IMG/VR virus record: IMGVR_UViG_2579778703_000007
Span: 11,499 to 75,498 of that record
DNA: 64,000 bases
Origin: a virus
Direction: 5' to 3' (one strand)
Made by a program: the position numbers and the translations under genes. Below are positions 55,583 to 64,000 of the stretch, piece after piece. The notes beneath the pieces were generated by a model. It had not been told where the DNA came from. It saw only the letters and a program-made list of their open reading frames with translations, and did no database searches. Within the stretch, counting starts at the first letter, position 1, and each line of letters opens with the position of its first letter.

Positions 55583-56160
55583 ATATAAGAGGGGATTACA
55601 GATTTAGATGAACTGCTATGTTCGATATTTCGTACCCACTCTTTAAGGAGCTTCCAATCTTCAGCCGCAAGGAGGTCTTGAGCCATTGGTAATTGGAAAA
55701 AGAAGAGATACCATGACATTTCACGTTGTTTAATATCAGGCATGCTTAGTGGACCGAATGGATGCCCAACAGAAATTGCCGTTAGCGATTTTGTTGTTTC
55801 TGGGTAGATACCAGCAAACGCCCAAGAGACAGCTGCGCCCCAGTCATGGCCAACGACATGAACTTTTTCGATATCGAGGTGATCTACAACCGCTTTTACA
55901 TCCGATGCTAGCATGGTGATGTGGTAATGTTCTTTTTCAATCGGCTTAGAAGTTTTACCGTAGCCACGCATATCTAAAGTAATCACACGGTAGCCAGCAT
56001 TTACAAATGGATCAATTTGGTTACGCCAAGCGTTGGCAGAGTCGGGGAAACCATGTACAAAAACAATCGGCTCTCCTTGACCCTTTTCATAAGCCTGAAT
56101 GGTAATATCACCATTTTGCACTTGGAACGCACGACCCAGATATGATAAATCGTTATTCAT
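55516..56160 (-). pseudogene. 3'-truncated alpha/beta hydrolase (epoxide hydrolase-like)
   Basis: HGFPD and GHDWGA present; C-terminal catalytic region absent; frame runs into the attC antisense. Confidence 0.75.
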
Positions 56161-56218
56161 ATTTTTATCCTTTTGGAATAAGTAGTAGCCGTAGCTACTA
56201 CTTATAAGCTACATAGAA

Positions 56219-58114
56219 TTATTGTTCTGCAGAACTAAGCATTTTTAATAGGTCTTGTAAGCCTTTATCTTTTTTCCAATCATAAATAGGGTCAAATAAT
56301 CCCATTAGCTGAGAGGCTTTAGCGTTACTACCTTGAATGACTTTAACTTTTCCATCTTTTAGCAGATCATCAAAAGTCGCGAGGTTGTTGTAAATTTCAG
56401 CCCAAACCTCTGGTTTCATTTGTATAGTGACATCTGATTTAGCTTTGCTCATTACAGCGTTATCAAGGTAATTTACTACTGCTCGGCTGATTTCCAATCC
56501 ATAAACATGGTCTCCCCCAAAATCAAATTTAATTGTTGCTTCAGTATTATCTGAACGTTCAGGGTTAATACGAATACGGTAATAGTTAACGTAATCATTG
56601 ATGTTTTGCACGATTGAAGCAGGGGAAGCTGGAACATTCTTAATAATATTTACTTGGCCACGAAGTTCAGCAGCTTGTGCTAAATAGAACGAACGTGAGT
56701 TGGTTGATGTGGCACGGTAGCCCATTTGTTCCAATGCATCGGCTTTTAACTCTTTGTTTTTCTTATTCGGGTTACTTTGCACTAAGTAATCAGACACTTG
56801 CGCTGACCACAAGTAATCACCGTTATCAAATGCTTGTTTGGCTAGGCTGTAGGTTTTATCTTCCCCTCCCATCGCGCTAACCATACGCATCGCTTCATCT
56901 TTTGGATGTAACTTATTTAAGTGGGCGGCATTGCGGTCATATTGACCAAACAACGCGGTATAAATACGCGGCGGCATAATCGAAATTTCACCATAGTTTT
57001 GAACCAGAATCGGTGATTCTTTCAGGTATTTAGGCAGTTTTACGCTATAGCGAAGTTCGTCAGGCCCCTGACCCAAGGCAATATTTTTTAATGACTGATC
57101 AAGAACAAACGCTAAACCATCGTGGTAACTTTTCAAGCGAGCATCGATTTTATCTTTCCCCACAAGTGGAGTGGAATGAGTTGAAAGTAAGATTTCAGGC
57201 TTTAGTTCTTTTATCTTGTTTAATGCTCCCATCCAATCATTTGGATTGCGGTAACGACCACCACGGGCACTGTAGATATTAGGGAACCAACCCCAGACAA
57301 CATTATTCAATACCGCTTTTTTGCTTGGAACATAGACCATCAACTGGTTTGAGGTATCAGTACCAATTCCGTCTATGTAGAACACCATATCCAAGCCTGC
57401 TACATTGATCGTTTGACCATCATGAGTTGGCGATAAATTCACGGGTACGAAACCACTTGGGTCTAGCATGACGGTATTTTTATAGCCGGCATTATCCCCT
57501 TCATTAGGCAGGTAAGCGTTAAACTGCTCGATACTACGAGCCATGGTGATGCCGCTAGTCTCAGGATGTATTGACGATAGACCACCATTTTGGGCAATAG
57601 ATGCATTGGTGTTCGGGTGTCCAATAATCTTAATATCAGTATTACCACGGGCCGCTTCTTGTTCTAACATGTAGCGTGCGCCGAAAGTGTAGTGTTCATG
57701 CGAATACACAATGGCAGCAATAGGTTTATCAGTTTCTTTACGCAGCATAGTATAGAACTCTTCCGCATCATGATCGTTGTCGCCAGTGTCGTAGATAATT
57801 AGGCCTTCAGGTGCTTCGATGGCACTCATGTTAACAATTGATCGAGAGCCAAAAGTCCAGATACCGTCGGCAACTTTTACAGTAGTTGAGTCATCATAAG
57901 AGGCTCGCTGCTCGCTATGTGTACCCAAATTCCAAAATGAAGCGGTTTCTTGATTGACCTTTGCTTTATTGCCATTTTCTGGAAGGTGAGTTAATGGGGT
58001 CTCTTTAGCATTCATGTAGGGAGAACTAAAGTCAGGATTATTTGCTGCAAATGTAGTGGTGGTTGTTAACGTCATTGCAGAAATTAAGGCTATGTTCAGA
58101 GCTTTCATTTTCAT
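56219..58114 (-). CDS. Alkyl/aryl sulfatase (SdsA/BDS1-like metallo-beta-lactamase fold), secreted
   Basis: Signal peptide, IIYDTG, YSHEHY, PNIYSARG, dimerisation and SCP2-like C-terminus. Confidence 0.85.
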   Translation of the reverse strand: MKMKALNIALISAMTLTTTTTFAANNPDFSSPYMNAKETPLTHLPENGNKAKVNQETASFWNLGTHSEQRASYDDSTTVKVADGIWTFGSRSIVNMSAIEAPEGLIIYDTGDNDHDAEEFYTMLRKETDKPIAAIVYSHEHYTFGARYMLEQEAARGNTDIKIIGHPNTNASIAQNGGLSSIHPETSGITMARSIEQFNAYLPNEGDNAGYKNTVMLDPSGFVPVNLSPTHDGQTINVAGLDMVFYIDGIGTDTSNQLMVYVPSKKAVLNNVVWGWFPNIYSARGGRYRNPNDWMGALNKIKELKPEILLSTHSTPLVGKDKIDARLKSYHDGLAFVLDQSLKNIALGQGPDELRYSVKLPKYLKESPILVQNYGEISIMPPRIYTALFGQYDRNAAHLNKLHPKDEAMRMVSAMGGEDKTYSLAKQAFDNGDYLWSAQVSDYLVQSNPNKKNKELKADALEQMGYRATSTNSRSFYLAQAAELRGQVNIIKNVPASPASIVQNINDYVNYYRIRINPERSDNTEATIKFDFGGDHVYGLEISRAVVNYLDNAVMSKAKSDVTIQMKPEVWAEIYNNLATFDDLLKDGKVKVIQGSNAKASQLMGLFDPIYDWKKDKGLQDLLKMLSSAEQ

Positions 58115-58218
58115 ATCTATAGTCTTCTGTTTGGATCAAACAAATACTATTTTGCTATTGTGAAAGTAGTAATGATAGTTAAGACTATCTTGCGAATATC
58201 GCAAGAAGGTACATATGC

Positions 58219-59118
58219 ATGGATTTACATAATCGCTATTTAGATTTGCCATTAGAGCTAATGAAAACGATGGTGTTGCTCTATCACAATCCTAATCTTA
58301 AAAAAGTTGGAGATATTCTAAAGAAGTCTGAAAGCGCCGTTAGCCGCGATATTACCAAGCTGCGTGAAAGGTTGAATGATCCAATTTTCATTCGCAGCGC
58401 TCAAGGAATGGAACTAACCCCTTTAGTACAGCAACTCGCACCACAGATAGAGCAGAACTACAATCAAATCGCGAATATATTGAAGAAAGCCACAACTTCG
58501 TGTACTGATTTTTCACAATATACACAGCCTATTGTTATTGCGCTTAACTCTTATATTTATCAGTATGTAGCAGCAAAATTGACAAGTGTGTTGCTACAAC
58601 ACTTTCCTCAAGCGACATTTCATATTCAGCGTTGGGGGAAGGATACCCTCGATGCTATTACTGCTGGTGATATCGATATTGGAGTTCACTTTAGTGACTT
58701 TGAAACCAACAAAGATATTGCTCTACAGCATATTTCTGAGTATCACGTTTATTTAGCCTGCCATCCCGATGTGCAAATCACTAAGTTAGATGATGTACTT
58801 GATAATTTGCTGATTATCGCTAGATTACCGTCTTGGAATGAACATCGTTATCGTCTTTTAGAGAAGCTAAAGATTGAACCTAAGAAAGTTGTTTATGTTG
58901 ACTCATTAGCTACAGCTTATGAAGTCGTGCAAAGCGTGCCATCGGTTTCTTTTTTACCTGATTTTATCTACGACAATTTAAAAGTTAAGGTCATAAAATT
59001 AGATGAGAATATGAGTTATTCGTTTTCGTCTTTTTTTAAACAAAGTCATCGCCGAGAACCATTTACTCAACATCTACATAACTTAATACAATCCGTTGTT
59101 TCACCCAAAGAGTCCTGA
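58219..59118 (+). CDS. LysR family transcriptional regulator
   Basis: SESAVSR..KLR..LNDPIFIR; divergent from the sulfatase; TTGCGAATATCGCAA inverted repeat upstream. Confidence 0.92.
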   Translation: MDLHNRYLDLPLELMKTMVLLYHNPNLKKVGDILKKSESAVSRDITKLRERLNDPIFIRSAQGMELTPLVQQLAPQIEQNYNQIANILKKATTSCTDFSQYTQPIVIALNSYIYQYVAAKLTSVLLQHFPQATFHIQRWGKDTLDAITAGDIDIGVHFSDFETNKDIALQHISEYHVYLACHPDVQITKLDDVLDNLLIIARLPSWNEHRYRLLEKLKIEPKKVVYVDSLATAYEVVQSVPSVSFLPDFIYDNLKVKVIKLDENMSYSFSSFFKQSHRREPFTQHLHNLIQSVVSPKES

Positions 59119-60002
59119 TGTTTAGTTGGATTAAAAAGTTGGAATACAAAAGTTATCCGTAGCTACCTAATTTAGCAAAGTCACTGACAAAGTTTTGTCC
59201 TGAGGTGTGCTGACCGAGAATGAACCACGAAAATTACGCAAAGCTGCTTAGCTTTACAACATTGACCCGATATTGGTGTTATTTAGAGAATTAGGTATCA
59301 GGCCCCATTGCATGTGGGTTTTCTAAGTTTTAGTTAGATGTACTTTATTGTCCTACGACAATATGCCCATGCACCTTGACTGAGCCCTTTACACGGACTG
59401 TGACTACAGGATATAGCTTTTGCACAAAAGAAAAGTAACAACCGAGAATGACTCGGTTGTTTCCATTCGGGATTTAGTTTTCAATTTTTATGTATGGGTA
59501 ACGGTCTTTAATATTTTCGTTAAAGAATGCCTCGTGACTTGTAGAAATGTAAAAGTCCCTCCATGTTTCTTCGTCAACTCCTTCATATCGGTATCCACCG
59601 CCATATCTGAACCGGACATGGCGTTAAATTATCGATTATTTCACTCATCATATCCGCTATGTATGGTGCGGCGTTATCTTGTCAGTATGAGTCTTTCAGT
59701 CCATGCCCAGAAGGATCAAATTGAAGCGAGGCTGAAACAGGATTAGCTTCAATTGCACCGAATATAATGCGAACGCCAGCCATTGGAGCGTCGTTCGAGT
59801 TCGTAAATGTTTTTGCTATGTGTGGATTATTGACGCCGATGGGACCACCATAAAAAAAGTTGGGTTTGCGATTCCTATGTATCCGAGCATGGGGTACTCT
59901 GACAATTCAACCCCATTGGGGTATATATAGTTATTGCTTACTTCTGTAAATAATCTATTTCCATAAAAGTTACCTTGGGAATGGGTGACTAACACCGTTC
60001 TC

Positions 60003-60086
60003 GCGCGTGGCATTTTCACTATGCGTTAGATTCAGCGGTTAAAGTGGTATGCGGCGGCTTTTGTATTGCGTTGGTCACACCTTAGC
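60003..60086 (+). repeat. Eroded attC remnant
   Basis: GCGTGGCATTTT...GGTATGCGGCGGCTTTTGTATTGCGTTG.TCACACCTTA, similar to the attC at 55457 but lacking both ends. Confidence 0.7.
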
Positions 60087-60343
60087 AATGACTCTATGGG
60101 GGGGATTATCAAGGAACAAACTAGAAGCAATAATGCTCTCTTTATAATAAACAGTTCATCTTTTAATTCGTATGTTTCCATTTTTGTTTGCGATTCCGCA
60201 AGCCTATGAGCCCCCAATCCACTGGAACAAACACAGATGGCCATCATAGATATCTCGGGAGAAGGGGGCATCCTCGTAATGCTGGCGAATTCGGCTGCTA
60301 TGTAAGCGGCATCGCATTACGTGCGTGGTATTTCTAATTCAAG

Positions 60344-60847
60344 TTATTGATGAAAATCACGCATTGGTATGCAGATATAAATCACGCCCACGTTCGCCGT
60401 GCCATAGCCAACGGTCTTATGTACGTACCACCAAACGGTTCGTAATCCCTCGGCGGTTTCTTCGTCCCATTCCAGTACACTACCGACAGGAACATGGTGC
60501 GAAGCAATACGCAGCATTAGTGGCTCTAAATACTCGCCAAGGTTTTCGTCGCCATCATCCATCATGAAAAAGTTCTCTTGCTCATCTGGACAATCTAACA
60601 AAGCCACCAGCTCTGGATCGCTATAAGTGAGCGTATCTTGGTTAGTTTCTAGCTCTAACACGGACTCGTTTTGGTAATTATCATCCGTTGGTGCCGATTC
60701 TGGTTCCGCAGGGCGATACAGGGACGCTTCAAAGTGGTCAGGTGATAGTTTGATAGCCTTAATCCAATCATCCCTTAAAACACGATTAAAGGGCTCATGG
60801 CCTTGGTATCGAGCATTTCTTACTACAGGTTTAACTACATCACTCAC
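60344..60847 (-). CDS. P1 gp7-like tail/neck protein
   Basis: DWIKAI, LDCPDE, VGSVLEW, WWYV, YGTA.VG; synteny. Confidence 0.75.
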   Translation of the reverse strand: MSDVVKPVVRNARYQGHEPFNRVLRDDWIKAIKLSPDHFEASLYRPAEPESAPTDDNYQNESVLELETNQDTLTYSDPELVALLDCPDEQENFFMMDDGDENLGEYLEPLMLRIASHHVPVGSVLEWDEETAEGLRTVWWYVHKTVGYGTANVGVIYICIPMRDFHQ

Positions 60848-61995
60848 TTGATGATTCTCTCTAATCTGCTTGGTGTTACGTTCATCAATTTTGCGAAGTC
60901 GGTCAGTGCTTCACTCTTAGTCTTGCCTCGCAACTTGTAGCCGTCATGGAAGTTCTGGAAGCCGACCTTAATCATATCGATAAAACCTTTCTTCTCGTTG
61001 GACTCCTTACGTAGTTTGCGCGCTTGGCGCTTAATGGTTTCGCTTTCCCGTTTCTGCTTGGCGATCTGTTTTTCCACTGCTTTCTGAGCGCGTAGGTATT
61101 TCGCGTGTTCGCGTGTAGCGGCTGCCTTATCCACCACCGTTTTACGGTTTCGTGCGGCGGCTTTCTTCTCGTTCTCGTTAAGCAAGTACGTTTTGTTATC
61201 CGAGCCAAAACCAACACGGCGCGCTTGCTGCTTCATTTGGTTGGCTAAGATGCGTTGCCATGCCAGCGATTGCAGCATGGTTGTTGCCTTGAGAGCATGT
61301 TTACATGCCACACCGGACAATTCAGGGTTTCGGATTTTTGGGAACGCAAACTCTTTAGGCGGTGCTATGCAGTAGTTACCCATAGTGGCCAAGTATCGAT
61401 ACCAATACTGGTGACGGCCACAGTCGCAATCAAAGGAAATACGGCCAGCACACGCCAGTTGTACCGCTTGGTTGTAATCCCCATTAGGCGGTTCGTGTAG
61501 TAGTTCATCCCACTGCTCAAGACGCACTTTTACTCGGTGTTCTTCATGTCTAGACACGCTTGAGGCTCGGACACGAATAAGTGCGATATTGTTCTTAATA
61601 CCGATCAACGTGGCCTTTTGAATACCCGTACCGTCATCGACACGGTTGTTAGCGCGGTCTACGTCAATTTGACGCGAGTTCTTCACCAAAAAGGCGTAGG
61701 TGATACCCGCTGTCTTACTGTCATAGACCTCTTTGTGTCGCTGGCGAGCCTTGTCGAACTTGATCAGGTCTTCTTTGGTAAACCGTTGCCCTTTAGCCTT
61801 TTCGCCTAGCGCCTTTAATGCCTTATTAGTTGGCTTGGTCAGCGTTGAGGCGGTCAGCGTTCGCTTGGCATTGCGGCGGTTTTTCTTTTGCGCCCGTTCA
61901 ATCTTGTTGAATAGCTGGTTGAACTGTCTCTCATTGAGGCCAAGACTGGCAAATGAGCCGTTATCCCGTTTTTCCGCTTCAAACTTCTTCGGCAT
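60844..61995 (-). CDS. P1 gp25-like protein (SWIM-type zinc motif)
   Basis: FDCDCGRHQYWYRY..ACKH; synteny. Confidence 0.78.
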   Translation of the reverse strand: MPKKFEAEKRDNGSFASLGLNERQFNQLFNKIERAQKKNRRNAKRTLTASTLTKPTNKALKALGEKAKGQRFTKEDLIKFDKARQRHKEVYDSKTAGITYAFLVKNSRQIDVDRANNRVDDGTGIQKATLIGIKNNIALIRVRASSVSRHEEHRVKVRLEQWDELLHEPPNGDYNQAVQLACAGRISFDCDCGRHQYWYRYLATMGNYCIAPPKEFAFPKIRNPELSGVACKHALKATTMLQSLAWQRILANQMKQQARRVGFGSDNKTYLLNENEKKAAARNRKTVVDKAAATREHAKYLRAQKAVEKQIAKQKRESETIKRQARKLRKESNEKKGFIDMIKVGFQNFHDGYKLRGKTKSEALTDFAKLMNVTPSRLERIIK

Positions 61996-61998
61996 AAG

Positions 61999-62322
61999 TT
62001 ACAGCCCCATTTCATCCATGAATTGACGCATGGAACGACGCACCCAAGATGCTGGTGGCAGTTTGATGGTTTCGCCAACAGGTAGCGGATTCATTGGGTC
62101 GTCTACGTCACAGACCAGACTGACCAGCCAATCAAGCTCAACCGTGGCGTAAGCTCTGTAAGAGACAAGATCCGCACGATAAACCTCATCAAGTCGAATG
62201 GTGTACTCAAACAGATCGGTATTGCCCGAACGGTTGACGTATTCCATGACGATGGCAAAGAAATGCGCCCGTAGAATATCGTCTTCGATGTTCTCTGCTG
62301 AGAGGCGGGATAACTTACTCAT
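61999..62322 (-). CDS. P1 gp26-like baseplate protein (LysM-like)
   Basis: YRADLVSYRAY, G..IKLPP..W. Confidence 0.78.
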   Translation of the reverse strand: MSKLSRLSAENIEDDILRAHFFAIVMEYVNRSGNTDLFEYTIRLDEVYRADLVSYRAYATVELDWLVSLVCDVDDPMNPLPVGETIKLPPASWVRRSMRQFMDEMGL

Positions 62323-62947
62323 GATCTCCTCCCATACGATACTTACCGTCTGCGATTAGCCCCGTTTTTGCCTTGAACAATCCCGTTGCGCGCGAGGCCA
62401 TTCCTGGCTCTTTCTTAGGCTTACGTAACAGGCCAAACAAGCTCTTAAGCGTTACCGTGTCGCCGATGCTGTCTTGTGTAGCTGCATAGACCACAAACAT
62501 GAGCGCGTAGGTATCAGGGCGCAGTTCTGACCAGTCAATGTTGTAGGTTGGTTTACCATCCGTTCCCCGCACTTCTTCTACGATGGACGACGACACTTCG
62601 AAGCGGCCACCAGCGTTAGGCGGGTAGGTGATAGCACTTAGGGATGTGAGATAGTTATAGGCTTCCATTGCCGACACAATGATCGGTCTGCCTTTTGCGT
62701 CCAGTTCGGACATGCGAACGGCGCGCCCATACTTCGAAAAGTAGGGCGTAACCTCGTCCACTAGCACAATAAAACCGCCTTTTTTGAGCTTTTCTAGCTT
62801 CTTAGGCAAGGTAAGTTTGAGGCTCATTAGAGAGCGCTCTAATTGCTGGCATTCGATGATATGGAGTCGGCCATCATCCACACCAGCAAGCATAAGCCGT
62901 GGCTGGCCGGATGATAGAGTAAGTACAGCTATGCGCTTTCGTGCCAT
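62315..62947 (-). CDS. pmgM: PmgM-like protein
   Basis: VLVDEVTP, YNIDWSEL; synteny upstream of gene 26. Confidence 0.6.
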   Translation of the reverse strand: MARKRIAVLTLSSGQPRLMLAGVDDGRLHIIECQQLERSLMSLKLTLPKKLEKLKKGGFIVLVDEVTPYFSKYGRAVRMSELDAKGRPIIVSAMEAYNYLTSLSAITYPPNAGGRFEVSSSIVEEVRGTDGKPTYNIDWSELRPDTYALMFVVYAATQDSIGDTVTLKSLFGLLRKPKKEPGMASRATGLFKAKTGLIADGKYRMGGDHE

Positions 62948-63044
62948 GTTGTGACCTCTAAGCGCGCTTTTTAGGATGGGGGATCTTGGTCAGTTTAACA
63001 CCATTAACCAAGCTTTTGGGCCTCGTTAATAATGTTTATGTTAA

Positions 63045-63710
63045 TTAATGTTCGGACTGTTGAGGGTAAATATTTTCCAGTAGTTCAAGCGGTAATCCCG
63101 CCAGCTTATAGACCTTAAACAACAGCTCTATCTCTGTACCGTTGTAGATCTTCCATTGCGCTTTACCGCCGTATTTCCCTTTCGCATGGAGCGGTATCAT
63201 ATTTGGATACTGAGCGCGCTTATCCGCTTCCAGTAGCGTGTCGTGGTGATAACAACACAACGGCAATACGTAGGCATGCGCCCGTTCTCCAACACGGCCA
63301 AATACATGATGTAAGGAAATCATCGGATTATCTCGGCCATGCAGCCAACACGCAATACATGGTAAGCGGCCAATGGCATCCATGATGCGCCTTTCCTCTG
63401 CCGTGGGCGTTCGGCCTTTCAATCCCTTACTGGCGATCTTTTTGGTCGGTTTCTTCGCTACAGGCTTCGCTTTTTGGCGCTCGATGCGCTGTTGCTGTTT
63501 GTCACGCTGCTTTTTCTGGTATTCGGGAGCATTTAAGCGCTCGATTTGTCGCTGGCGCTGACGCTCTTGCTGCTGTAATTGCTTTTTGAAGCGCTTCTGC
63601 CGTTCCTCGGGATCGTTCATTTTGGCGATTTGCTTTGCTCGCGCCCGTTCCATTGATTGTTTTTGCTTCTCTCGTTGTCTTTGAACTTTCTCTGCTATTG
63701 TCAAAGCCAT
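63045..63710 (-). CDS. ref: Ref-like RecA-dependent HNH nuclease
   Basis: GLKGRTPTAEE, LPCIAC, SLHH, LPLC..HH; long basic N-terminus. Confidence 0.85.
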   Translation of the reverse strand: MALTIAEKVQRQREKQKQSMERARAKQIAKMNDPEERQKRFKKQLQQQERQRQRQIERLNAPEYQKKQRDKQQQRIERQKAKPVAKKPTKKIASKGLKGRTPTAEERRIMDAIGRLPCIACWLHGRDNPMISLHHVFGRVGERAHAYVLPLCCYHHDTLLEADKRAQYPNMIPLHAKGKYGGKAQWKIYNGTEIELLFKVYKLAGLPLELLENIYPQQSEH

Positions 63711-63817
63711 TAAAAACACCTACTATTTGCTTGCTCTTGTTTCACATTTGCTGGTGGAACATGAAAAGGCTGGTAACTCGAATTTGCTGATTCGAACTGT
63801 TTGCTAAGGCCAGCCGC

Positions 63818-63846
63818 AAAAAAACCGCGTTTATTCGCGGTTTTTT
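63818..63846. terminator. Intrinsic terminator
   Basis: AAAAAAACCGCG-TTTATT-CGCGGTTTTTTT. Confidence 0.8.
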
Positions 63847-63853
63847 GTACCTA

Positions 63854-64000
63854 TCAAAAGTAACTCTCAATTAAAACCCGATGGCATGGCTTGCCGTCAT
63901 CGTTACGCATGCGTTGCCCCAAACTGACGATCTTCATGAGCTTGCCCTCGTAGTCCCAAGGCTGATTTCGAGTTAAACACTCTTTGGCTCGTTTAAGCGC
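63854..64000 (-). CDS. 3' end of a hypothetical gene entering from outside the window
   Basis: Open frame ALKRAKECL...LIESYF* ending just before the terminator. Confidence 0.5.
   Translation of the reverse strand, partial: ALKRAKECLTRNQPWDYEGKLMKIVSLGQRMRNDDGKPCHRVLIESYF

Noticed and set aside
59420..60019. ORFs 59420-59746 and 59816-60019
   Set aside because: Look like decayed fragments (an HSQG hydrolase-like piece fused to attC); no intact gene can be supported
1..64000. tRNA, rRNA, transposase, integrase, Cin invertase or reverse transcriptase genes
   Set aside because: None recognisable by eye or in the ORF track; a covariance-model scan was not possible

Overview
A 64-kb segment of a P1-like (Punavirus-type) phage-plasmid, almost certainly from a Vibrio host, judged from VCR-type attC sites, a Vibrio filamentous-phage remnant and a Qrr-like sequence. 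The backbone follows P1 synteny: darB-ulx, parAB, the ddrB-ddrA-darA-hdf-lydB-lydA antirestriction/lysis operon, tail fibres-R-16-bplA-pmgA-sit-pmgB-tub-pmgC, bplB-pmgG-21-22-23, a holin plus amidase, upfB-PAAR-5-6-24, and 7-25-26-pmgM-ref. No repA, repressor, terminase or portal lies in the window. Two accessory insertions are present. The first (about 32.4-39.1 kb) holds cold-shock genes, a dif-like/inovirus remnant with a HEPN-motif gene, and Fic. The second (about 50.6-60.3 kb) holds a bacteriocin-like pair, an integrase-less integron cassette array with ccdAB, and a LysR/alkyl-sulfatase module. Most notable: a candidate phage-encoded sRNA (about 45.89-46.02 kb) carrying the core of the Vibrio quorum-sensing Qrr sRNAs under a sigma70-type promoter; 15 co-oriented palindromic parS-like sites; an RNA-polymerase alpha-CTD-like gene between capsid and sheath; a candidate +1 frameshift before the tape measure gene; and a duplicated csp leader fused to an orphan peptide. 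All protein assignments come from motif recognition, recalled similarity and synteny, not from database searches.
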